From the NCBI GenBank assembly GCA_000934665.2, contig JYFJ02003509.1:1-40736 (forward strand): 40,736 nt of DNA, written 5' to 3'. Source of the DNA: Catajapyx aquilonaris. Lineage: Eukaryota. Position numbers and translations under genes: made by a program. Below the pieces are notes generated by a model. That model was not told where the DNA came from, ran no database searches, and saw only the letters and a program-made list of their open reading frames with translations. Positions 20,501-30,474 of this stretch are shown here, piece after piece; position 1 is the first letter of the stretch, and every line of letters starts with the position of its first letter.

Positions 20501-23500
20501 ACAATTTGTTTGAATTGCTCCCCACCCCATAGTGCAATTCCTTTAGAGTGGAAAGTGGCTATGTAAGTTCCTAGTGGCGACCAACGAACATAAGTTTCTG
20601 TCCATCGATTTCGCTCCTCTACCAATTCCCGCTCTGGGACAGTGTTGAGGTATATCTGCAGCTTTTCACCACCTTCATTCAGGATGCAGTACTGGTCACA
20701 TGCATCTGGTTCAAGCAAGTAGTACCACATGTTCCCTTGATCCTTGTATGGTTGCGGTTTCGGGGGAATCCATTCATCAGGTGTGTCCTCATACCTGCAA
20801 GTTAACAGATACTTTATCCAACAATGTCCATATGGTAGTAACTATGGGTGGAATTTTAGTCCCACTGCTAGTTACTGCTAACTTACCCAGAGCCATGGCC
20901 AACACTGGTACTACTTTTACTATTGCTACGTTAGCAGTAACTAGCAGTGGGACGAAAATTCTTCGCTATACAGTATTTACAGCATTGGTAATGAATTTCA
21001 GAAAACAGCTTAATGGGGCTGGCTCAGGCACTAACCAGTAGGGCGGCGCTAGTGGGCGAAAGGTTATAGTTCAGTATTGGAGATGAAGCTCGAACCTTGC
21101 TGAGACAGTGCGAAGCAAAGGTCTGAACCAGCAAAATGCCACAGTACTGTTGTGTACCGAGTTGCCGATGCAACATTTCCGGCCATCAATTTCCCAAAAA
21201 CCCATCGCTTTGGAAACAGTGGCGAGTTGCCATCAAACGCGTGGATTCACGAACTGGAAATCTTTGAGATCAGGTTGTTCATGATGTCGTCTGCCATTTG
21301 CACTTCAAGCCTGAGGACTACAGAATTTGCGAGTTTGCGGTCGATGTGACCCTTTTGGTTTTGGTCTAGTCACGCCAAAATTTTCGACACAGTTTTTTCC
21401 CCCCCTCTCCTTATGTTCGCCCCTGCACCCTCTCCTTGCCCCTCTCCTCCCCTTCCGGGGGAGGAGAGGTTGCTGGGGCGAATATACCATGCTATGGGCA
21501 AGGTGGGGCAGGCACCGGGCCGAGACGGAGAATGGGTGGGCTTGGCCGCTGTGAGAGCGAGGCATAGCGGGCTCAAGGAGGAGTGGGGTCCACTCGCAGG
21601 GTTACCTCTGAAAATTCATTGCGGCCAATCTAGGGGTCGCCCTGGTTTGACAGTGCCCCCGTTGTCGAGACGAGATTCCGAGGATGCCGTCGAGGTCCAC
21701 ATCGGCCATAAATAACCACGGTTTATTTTACTGGAGAATTTAATAGCGAATATGAGGGTAAAAAGTGGGACATATAGCCTCTGGGAGGGTGAGAATCTGG
21801 CGGGCTGTAACCCAACGGGTCGAGAGTGCAGGGTTGTCTCTGAAAATTCATTCCGGCCAAACTGGGGGTCGCACGGGTGTGACAGTCCCCATGTCGTCGA
21901 GGGGAGATTTCAACGTTTCCGTCGAAGGCCATATCGGCCATAAATAACAACGGGTTAATTTACGGGGGAATTTTATTCTTTTCTTCTTCCCCTCATATTC
22001 GATATTAAATTCTCAAGTAAAATAACCGCCCGGTATTTACGGCTTATATGGACATTGACGGAATCCTCGGAATCTCCTCTCGACGATGGGGGCACTGTCA
22101 CACCAGGGCGACTCCCAGTTTGGCCGGAATGAATTTTTAGAGGCAACCCTGCACTCTCGCCCGTGCATGCGGCCGTATATAGAGAGAAAAACAATAACCT
22201 TCCGCACACTAATGCCACCCGTCGGCCGAACTTTCGGTGAGCCAGCCCCATTACACAATAATTAAATTTTCGTTACGACTGTAAAAGTCAAGTGTACCTC
22301 ACTTTCAGGGTACCGCTACCATTAACCAATATTGATGGTTCTCTCAGATACAAGCAAGAATAGAAGCAAGAACCTACTTTTCAAAGTCAGTGAATAAATT
22401 GACACTGAAGATGTGGTGTTTGTCCAACTTATATCCATGAGTTGTCTTGACAGCCTCCAACGCATTGGCTGCACTGCTGTACTCAAGGAAAATATACCTG
22501 TAATGAAATATGAGTATTAGCATCTTGTGTAGCTTTAACTCAGCCATACAACAATCCTGCTAATGCATCCACTCAGAAAGGGCTAAGCTTTTTCGTCAGG
22601 AGATCCGACATGTCTCAATCACATTACTCATCACAATGGACACATTCTGCCCTAGATTCAAGGTTCAAGTCATGATTGCTTGGCATACATACAGAAAAAA
22701 AAGAAATCAGCCGAGCTTATAAGGCGTTACATGAAAAATTTCACATTGCTGAGGATTGCCTTCCTTTCAGAAATATCAACCCGTCAGCCAATTTTAAAAA
22801 TAACGACAAATGGCTCATCCATCAAAATATTTGTTCCATCAACACTAACCCTTTCGTTTTCTTGTCTTCCGTAACAGGGTAGTCCTCATTGATGATGTTG
22901 CCAAACTTGGAGAAGACCTTGTGGATGGTGTTCCTCAGCTTCTCCTGTCTGTCTGGACCAACCTCTGGCACACCATCCACAACAATGACTGCCTCAACAC
23001 CATCAGTCTCTTTTGGCTTCTGTTTCATAAAGTCTGTCAAGAGCTCTGGAAAAAAAGGTTAGTATAACAGTAACAGCACAATGAATTGACGGTCCATATG
23101 TAGAGGAACCTTTCTATAGATATGGACAAATGAACATGCTGAAGGTGTCAAGCTTGTGTTGCAAGGAGTAGGCCATCACGTCACTGCCATATTAAGTTAT
23201 CAACAATTGCATTTGCAATGGCTCGTTAGCACCCCTGGATCAAACAGTAGCCAAAGTCATGTGACCCCCCCAAAAATTTCACCTACATCTACACCTTTTT
23301 AATGTTTTTGATAGCAAAATAATCCGCTTATAAGACCTGGATAAAAGAAGCCATAAGTCTTGGCAAACAGAATAAAACTGCTGACAGTGAAAATTTATCA
23401 CGAATTTACTCACAAATTATTACTGCAGTGCAAGTTACACAGGAATACCTTGTTAATAGGGCATGTTTGGTTCCAGACAACTGCCACAGGCTTTTTTTGC

Positions 23501-24498
23501 CACCTGCTACTGCACATGAAAGTCTTGAGACATGTTTATACTGTCATACATTACGTTTTTCTAGTCATATATTAGTTTGCAATAGCACAACGCTGCGTAG
23601 TGCTATCGCAAACTAATATATGACTAGCGTAGTCTACGTAGGAAAAAGAAGACATTAAAGTAACAAGCCATTGCACCACAGCAACAAGCAATTGCACCAC
23701 TGTTTGTCAATTATGTTCACACCTGCTCTTAATAANGGGGGGCGCTCTACGGCCTAGACTGGGTCAGACTGTAAATCTCTCAAAGTAAGTGCAAGCAAAG
23801 TGCCAAAATTAATAAATAGGATGTACTTGAAATTGCTACATATTCCTACATTCAATTCTGTGAAATCATTTCTGGGCTACGTAACGCCCATATGGATCCG
23901 GGCCATACGATCCACCCTTAAACCCATCCAACAGAAAGGGGGGATTGGGAGAATAGGCCATGAATTTTGCTGGGGCAGGTATATGTCACGTTTTCCAAGC
24001 CTGATCTACACTGGATTTATTAGCGTTTGCGACTGCAGGCCACAACAGCTGTGCCGTCCTGCTTGCTCCTAATCCTCATCCTGCCCTACTTCCTGCCAAA
24101 GTTGCAACACAGCTCTCAACCATTTTATTTTGTTAAGTGTGCAGGGTAGCCCACATGCCACATAATTCACTCTTGGACCGCAGCCTTCAGGTCCTGATCA
24201 AGGGACATATGTGACATGCGCCGCACTCCTCTGCGGACCACCCCTGTGCCCCACCGGCCCCCACATGCACGTAGTGTCGGAACCCTTCCATCCCTCTATA
24301 GTTGGGGGGCGCCGTACCATCTTCCTCTATGTCATCGACATATCCCTCCGAGTCGCTGAAGTTGGGCTCCTCATCGTATCCCCCTCCTCCTCCTCCTCCT
24401 CCTCCTCCGCCTCCTCCGTCTCCCTTGTTGCTGCCCTCCCCGTCCTCCTTAGGGTCGTGCCCGCCACCGGTCCGGTCCCCTTCCTTCTTCTTGGCCAT
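17587..24498 (-). CDS. EIF3B: Translation initiation factor eIF3 subunit B, ~729 aa; exons 24498-24318, 23045-22850, 22497-22378, 20794-20066, 19373-19235, 18701-18288, 18094-17782, 17684-17587
   Basis: [29 protein letters not shown]...TKGYIFLEY; propeller motifs [86 protein letters not shown]-terminal [12 protein letters not shown]. All seven introns GT-AG and in phase (2190 nt). Minus-strand AATAAA at 17448-17453. Confidence 0.97.
18818..19058. mobile_element. MITE, GGGTGGAATTTT family (PIF/Harbinger-like), long copy, in eIF3b intron 5
   Basis: TIR GGGTGGAATTTTCGTCTTCTTACTAGTTACTGCTAAC / GTTAGAAGTAACTAGTAGTACGACGAAAATTCCACCC; flanks TAG/AAG. Confidence 0.8.
19442..19525 (-). ncRNA. Intronic box C/D snoRNA, copy 1 (eIF3b intron 4)
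   Basis: Minus strand: stem ATGTCTGT, C box GTGATGA (19516-19510), internal TGACGA (C'), guide AGCTTAGCCCTTT, D box CTGA (19453-19450), stem ACAGACAT. Same strand as the host gene; D box ~76 nt upstream of the 3' splice site; paralog in intron 2. Confidence 0.85.
20846..20966. mobile_element. MITE, GGGTGGAATTTT family, short copy (121 bp), in eIF3b intron 3
   Basis: TAT|GGGTGGAATTTTAGTCCCACTGCTAGTTACTGCTAAC ... GTTAGCAGTAACTAGCAGTGGGACGAAAATTCTTCGC|TAT; TIR shared with the 18818-19058 element. Confidence 0.8.
21136..21321 (+). pseudogene. THAP zinc-finger domain remnant (transposase N-terminus) with one in-frame stop
   Basis: Hand translation from ATG 21136: [61 protein letters not shown], giving the C2CH THAP signature (CCVPxC, FP, W, CxxHF). 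TGA at 21265 sits where Trp (TGG) is expected. Confidence 0.88.
21596..22159. repeat. Three diverged copies of a ~145-170-bp unit: direct at ~21596-21758 and ~21828-21973, inverted at ~21989-22159
   Basis: Shared blocks GCAGGGTT..CTCT.AAAATTCATT.CGGCCAA.CT.GG.GTCGC..TGACAGT.CCC..GTCGA..GAGATT..GCC.TAAATA. Confidence 0.9.
22565..22643 (-). ncRNA. Intronic box C/D snoRNA, copy 2 (eIF3b intron 2)
   Basis: Minus strand: stem GTGTCCAT, C box GTGATGA (22634-22628), TGACGA (C'), guide AGCTTAGCCCTTT, D box CTGA (22576-22573), stem GTGGATGC (with G:U pairs). D box ~75 nt upstream of the 3' splice site. Confidence 0.85.
23561..23627. repeat. 67-bp near-perfect hairpin in eIF3b intron 1
   Basis: CTAGTCATATATTAGTTTGCAATAGCAC / GTGCTATCGCAAACTAATATATGACTAG; 28-bp arms with one mismatch and an 11-nt loop. 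Confidence 0.85.
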
Positions 24499-24813
24499 GG
24501 CTCCAAGCTGGTCTCTCTCCCGATGCCCTCCCCAAAACCAGCACTAGTCTACAAGCTGCAGGATGGCCGCCTGGATGCCGCGTGGTTGGTGGGACTCGCC
24601 TTTCTCCAAACCTCGCCTCTCGTTCAGATGCTGGCCGACAGGGAGGGACAACGTCACAGGAAGAGAAGCCGCACACGCCTGGTGCAATCCCTGATCTTCC
24701 AATGCCAGCCACTACTCACCTAAATTCACAAAAGTACGGATAATTGCATTTATTTTGTAAGTCAATTACCGTACGGATTACTGGATGGGAAGGGGTGAGA
24801 GTGGGCGGATTAG

Positions 24814-24832
24814 TGGCCGGTAGATGGCGTTG
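24814..24832. promoter_or_regulatory. CTCF-like motif upstream of eIF3b
   Basis: TGGCCGGTAGATGGCGTTG resembles the CTCF consensus (tggCCasYAGrkGGCrs). A similar site, TGCTAGTAGATGGCACTG, lies at 33-50. Judged by eye only. Confidence 0.4.
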
Positions 24833-27796
24833 GGGTGGCGAATATCTGAAAGAGATCGTCTCGGATCGTCTGATACGGTACTGTCACTAAAAAAAAGGGG
24901 GGGGGGGGGGTGGTTATCCATACCAGCACCTCGGTTGATAATAATCCCATTGTTCACTAACTTACTGTCAGTTATCATATTAGCAGTGTATTTGCAGTTG
25001 AATGTTATTTTTATCAATTTCGAGAGCCTCTCCTTTCCACTTGGGTGCTGAACCCTCTCACCTCAGCAAAATAATTGCAATAACCTACTTTCGCACCTAT
25101 CGATTCCGTGTCATGTAAGACATTTACTTCCAGTTTGCCAATATTATCAGAGGTAATTTTGTAACCTGTTAACCTTCAGATTGCTGGTATTTAGACCTTC
25201 AGGGAAATTTCTTGCCAACGCACAATTTATAGGCAAAAACTTGCTGTCGTTGAAAGATTCAGTAGTAAAATCAATTGGAAGAATGTTTCAATTAGGCTAC
25301 CTGATCATATTCCCAATTAAAAACGATGTGATTTAAATACTGTATTATTAAAATGCAGAACGATTGTCATAACTGATTCACTTTCGAGGTGTGATGGTTT
25401 GAGTCTTTAACGCTTTATCCCGGCATCGCTTATGGGGTCAATTTTTAAGCATTTCTGTGGAGAACTGTAGCCTATAATTTCTCAATCAGAAAACTGATTT
25501 GAGAATGTACGCGTCATGATCACATTACACCTAACTCAACTTTGACCTGACACTGATCGTTGTGCATTCCAGGTCTTTACATGCAGAAAACGCAGTCCAC
25601 ACGCTATACTGAATTGGCACGTAATTTTGTTAAAAATTGTGAGCTATGCAGATGTGAAATAGACAATTGCCGGTCTCATATCTCATATTAAATCCTCATC
25701 ATCTGCCAATTTTTATTTTGAAAAATTGCAAACATGGTGACTCGGCAAGAGCTATCTGAACACATCGGCACAAAAATGTGCGGCTAAGCTCTAAGTCATT
25801 CACAGTAAGTGCTGAGTACAGAGGGCAATGTAAGGATGACGCAGTGAGTATAGTGGGTAGGCACACATACACGCACGTGCTGCAAATTCCTGGCCAAATT
25901 TACTGCGTCTAAAATAAGTCACGCACCAGGCTGGGCTTAACAGGGGTACTTGGAGCATCTAGCAAGAAGAGACCTCCAGGGTCGAATCATCATGTACCGT
26001 ATGACCGGCTCCACCCTGTAATGGTTCTCACGCTTGTGCCCTGCTTATTATTGACATTATTGTTGTTCACTTGGAACCGAGTCACGCATCAAGGGGGAGG
26101 ATGGGCCAAAGCAATTACGTCAGAGTTGAATGGCTCATTCTTAGCTGGTGAAAAATAACGTAATATCAATCATGCCCAGCTATGGTATTTTGTCATCTCC
26201 TGTATGGAAAATAACGTCCATGGAGGCTGCCAATATTGCAACACAAACATGACGTGGTCAAATTCAATTAGCACAAATTAGACCTTCATCAAAGGCACTG
26301 ATTTACATTCATTCCTTCTTCAATGGAGAGATGAACTGACGTGGTATTTTTTTTCCATGTCTCATTTAGGCCTGCATTCCCTGGAAAATTGTCTGAATCT
26401 CTTCGGCAATTCGTTCTCATATGCAAGCCATATGACCACATCTCGTGATGCAGCGTGTTTTTTTAAATGGCTCGAGCTTCCTGTCCGACTTCGGTTCAGG
26501 ACATAGGCCTAATGTTTGGCAATTTGGCTTCATTATGGACAAAATTGCATTCCAATATTTATTTTTCAGGTACCGAGAATATCCTGCACGTGTGGGATCA
26601 TTGGGAGGTGGAATAACCTGCAGGATGACCCTTATTCAATTACTGTATAAATTTTTTTACAAAACAAAAATCAACATGCGATTGTTTTTGTAATGAAACC
26701 AGAACTGTCAAAATCAGTTAGGGGAATGAGTGAACCTGAAATGTGTGAATCATTTTTTGTTGCCTCGGTGTTTCGTTGGTGACCTGAGCGTGCTTACCCT
26801 TTTTTTAACGGTGGAATGCTATTTGGATAAGTATATCCTGTTTATTTCGCAACCAGATTTCTGATATGTTTACTTCAGATTGCCTATGAGTTTCTTGGGT
26901 TTAGACTTCCGTGTTTGACTTTGTGCGTCTTGGATCGACTCCCTTTTGATTTGGCTTTGGACCAGAAGTACATGTTCGGGAGTTTTTGGGGAGTGTTGTC
27001 TATGTTCAGTCCAAGGTCCTTACATGGTGTTTCTCCTTTTTCGTATTCACACGAAGTGAGATATTGTCTCTAAGTCTTTAGGTCTTCCTTCTGCATTGCA
27101 AGTACCTTCGGTTCGCAGGTATACCTTTGGCTTAACCTCAGACTATTTTAAAGTCAGACTTATAAATATTGGAGGGAAGTCATCTTTTCACTTGTTACAA
27201 CAATGATCTCCATCATATATAGCAAAATTCCACATCCCTTATTTATTTTGTAGTCTACCAAGGCACCTACTCACTTCCTTTTCTCTTCGGCATGAGCCCA
27301 ATAATTAGTAGCTTGGTGAATGACAGTTCACACTCGACTTTTGTCACCCCGAGGTTGTGCTCCTTTGATTGCCACCGATTGCCACATTTTGGGATTGTTG
27401 CCACATCCGCACTATCAAGGGGGCCAATTCATCAATTGAGAAGTTGACCCTTGAATTAACCGTTTATTGTGCAAGCGCCGTTGGTGACGAAGAGCAGCAT
27501 GCGAAGTGGATATACATTGTCTTCCTTCGGTTGGAAGCAAGAGGAAATAGGAGGAGAGATGAGCTTACTACAAGGGCATGCTGCCCAATTGGCCATCCAC
27601 TTCTTGGGTCACCCCCACCCCATAACCCCTTCCTCTATGCTACCACCCCCTGCGCCCCCGTGCGTTCTCGACCCTTATACCCGTATTCCTGCACTTCATA
27701 TTGCATAAAACGCAAGTGCCACAACCGACAAGAAGAGTTAGTTGCTGGCTGGCACTGGATGCAAATATCAGGCTGGAAGTGACAGTTCGGTTCAAA

Positions 27797-30474
27797 ATGG
27801 ACTGCAAGTGCGGGCTTTGGTCTTCCCTGTGCATCTTGCTGCTCTTCTCCGCACCTGGTTCAGGACTAACAACCACTTCTACTAATTACTGCTATGCTGA
27901 GGACCACAATCCTTACCTACAGTTCGGAACCAAGACATCCTACGATGTGGTAGGCAGGGAGGACAGTTCCCCTCTCTATTATCCAGGTACGCAACTAATC
28001 ATATAGGGTGGGTTTCTATATGCCCAAGTTGACGATCCGGAGAGGATGAGGGAGAGTTGGTGGATTAGTCACTCCTGACGATGTAAGCAAATTAGGCGGT
28101 ATGCAGAAAAGTCAGTAGATTTCCACCCAGTTTCTTAATTAATATTTTTAACATGATATGACAGCAGTGTGTGCTCTTATTTGTAGGACATGCAAATCAG
28201 GAAGAAAATCGCCAATTCTGACTTTCTTGCCACTATGAGTGTAATGTCGAAAGTGCTGGTTCACCCATAATAATGTAGCCTGCTGTGTAAAAGTAGCTTC
28301 TATTAAGAGTCGCGCCGAGTTTCCTCTCTTTCCCAGACGAAAGTGGCATTTTAATGTACACATACTCTTGAGATCTTGAGCTCTTGAAGTTGAACCCGCA
28401 GTATAGACAACAGGCTTAAGTGAGCTTATGTTACAAATTCTTTTACCCCGAGAGGCCTTCGAGTGGAGATGCCATGGTGCCCATTAGCATATCAAGATCA
28501 TATATGTATGAGGAAGCTACTATGGGCAGCTTAATAAGAATAGTCCGTTAAGTAGAGGGTGATTTCGTAGGTGATGGCCCAGTCACCCTTGGCCGCCCTT
28601 ACATTATGCATGGAGCCAATGAAAGCCATCTGGTCACTAATGAGCCTCGGCCTCAGGGATACTTCAGCAACAGCGACCTGACATTTGCATGCACACACAT
28701 GCCATTACGCATGCGCTGAGCACACACATCGATCTCAAGGTCAACTCACATGTCCAACGCATCTGTCTGGATCTTGCTATAATTGCCACAAGGATAATGT
28801 GCTCTTCTCAACACTTTTTTAAATACTGTTTGCCAGCTGCTAGGTACTGCTGGTGCTATTTTTACAATGCACCATGCTGAGTTCATGTCGTTCCCATGTC
28901 ACCTTTCAGTGAGGTTTTTATGGTGCATGAAACGGACGCTGTGAAATGTAAACTAAACTAAAATTTGTTGCAGGTTGTAGACCTGTGCAATTTTGGTTTG
29001 TGTCGAGAGAAGGAAGCAGCTACCCGGATGATGACGAGACTCAAGAGATGAAGACGGACCTGTACAGCTTGCGAGATACCATCACCCGGAACCACGACAG
29101 CAGGAGAGGAGAACTCTGCCGCGAAGATCAGGATGTGCTAAGGCACTGGCGCTTGCATGTCGACCAGACCTACGACAACCTCTTGTCCCCTGCCGGTGTG
29201 GAAGAGATGAAAGAGTTAGGAAGAAGATACAGGATGAGGCTGCCCACTCTTCTTTCATCTTCTTACGGATGGCAGTTCTACGAAGTGAGTTTATTGGTTG
29301 CTTTGGGGATCATCCATCACGATGGTTGTTTTTCTTTCAGTTCCGACATTCACCAGCCAAGAGGTCAGAGCAAAGTGCTAAGGCTTTTGCGCAGGGACTT
29401 TTCGATAGCCGGGAACCATTGATGTCACTCCCGAGGCCCGTTGATTATGACCCCAACCAAGTTGTAAGTGCTGGAGGCGATATTGCGGGGACGAAAATAT
29501 TGACAAACCATTGCTTCACCGCAGGACTCGAGGCACTACTCGGCACCCCCGACCATGCACCTTCAGTACTACGAGAATTGCCGTCGTTGGAACAAAGCGG
29601 TGAGGGACTCCAGGATGTCAGAAGAGCTGGAAGGATTCACAGACAGCTACGAGATGCAGGTCACCATAGCTAAAATAAGCCGGCGGTTGGGATTCAGAGG
29701 AAACCTCAGCCTTGGTCAGTGTTTTTTTTTCTAATTCGTTAAAATGTGATGTGCCTAATTACCTTCGACCAACACAGATATCCTCAGCTTGATATACGAT
29801 TCCTGCGGGTATGACAAGGCGCTGAAGCCGGACGAGCCTTCCCCCTGGTGCACCGCCTTCACTAAGGATGACCTCAGGGTACTAACACCATACCGACCAA
29901 TCTGTTCCAACCTCTCCATATTCCCATGCTCTTGCAGATGTTCGAGTTCAAAGAAGATCTGGAGTCGTACTACAAGTATGGCTATGGCACAGACTTCAAC
30001 TACTATATGGGCTGTCCCCTGATAAAAGACATGATGGCCCGCTTTCGGAGCATGCAGCGACGAGGCGACGGTGGTCCATTCGGCGTCTTCTACTTCGGGC
30101 ACGCTCCTCTGATCCAGCTCCTGTTGACCTCCCTGGGAATATCCCGCGACCGTAGTGACCTCCGGTTCAACTCCTGGAGCGCTGACCGCCGCTGGCGCAA
30201 CAGCCGCATGGCCCCCTTCGCCGGCAACCTAGCCGCGGTCATGCTCAACTGCACCAACAACTTCAAGGTGCAATTCTACCTGCAGGAGAAGCCAGCGGAC
30301 GTGTGCCAGGCAGGCCTTTGCACCTGGTCAGAGATGGAGAGGCTGTACCGGGACCTGGCACACGAGTGCGATGAATCCGAAATCTGCGACGCCGGAGTCT
30401 CCATCACCAGCAGCACACTCCTTGTCGGACTTGTTGCCGTACTCGTGTACCTCGTCCCGCAGAATTTGCGCTGA
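27797..30474 (+). CDS. MINPP1: MINPP1-family (Mipp1-like) histidine phosphatase paralog A with a degenerate catalytic motif, ~469 aa; exons 27797-27986, 28974-29284, 29341-29463, 29567-29714 (or 29525-29714), 29778-29878, 29938-30474
   Basis: Signal peptide (MDCKCGLWSSLCILLLFSAPGSG); FGTKTSY, GCRPVQFWFVSREGSSYP, GELCRED, RSEQSAKAFAQGLF, SPWCTAF, EDLESYYKYGYG, YFGHAP, RRWRNSRMAPFAGNL; hydrophobic C-terminus. In-phase GT-AG introns, no stops or frameshifts. Confidence 0.92.

Larger units (their letters stand above)
21015..22249 (+). mobile_element. Non-autonomous ISL2EU-like DNA transposon (~1.24 kb) carrying a THAP remnant, in eIF3b intron 3
   Basis: Perfect 16-bp inverted repeat TAATGGGGCTGGCTCA (21011-21026) / TGAGCCAGCCCCATTA (22238-22253), parseable as AT TSD plus GGGG...CCCC ends. 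Internal THAP-coding remnant and ~160-bp internal repeats. Exact ends are ambiguous by 2-4 bp because the flanks are palindromic. Confidence 0.78.

Noticed and set aside
21596..22159. Repeat array as CRISPR-like or coding repeats
   Set aside because: Eukaryotic intron, long diverged units including an inverted copy, no repeat-spacer periodicity; the similar ORFs simply mirror the DNA repeat.
23092..23127. Small hairpin GTCCATAT...ATATGGAC near the eIF3b intron 1 acceptor
   Set aside because: No C/D or H/ACA boxes around it and too short to distinguish from chance.
23736..23736. Single N base
   Set aside because: Assembly ambiguity beside a G-run; not biological.
26770..27140. Possible decayed non-LTR retrotransposon 3' fragment on the minus strand (ETISHF and TPEHVLL resemble zinc-knuckle motifs)
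   Set aside because: Multiple stops, expected cysteines missing, and no TSD or tail; would need a translated search to support.
27704..27743. TATA-like CATAAAA plus Inr TTAGTT for MINPP A
   Set aside because: Spacing (~36 bp) is longer than canonical and the TATA is non-consensus; plausible but unsupported.
27797..30474. MINPP paralog A as a pseudogene
   Set aside because: No stops or frameshifts over ~469 codons, all splice sites intact, and signal peptide and Cys pattern kept.
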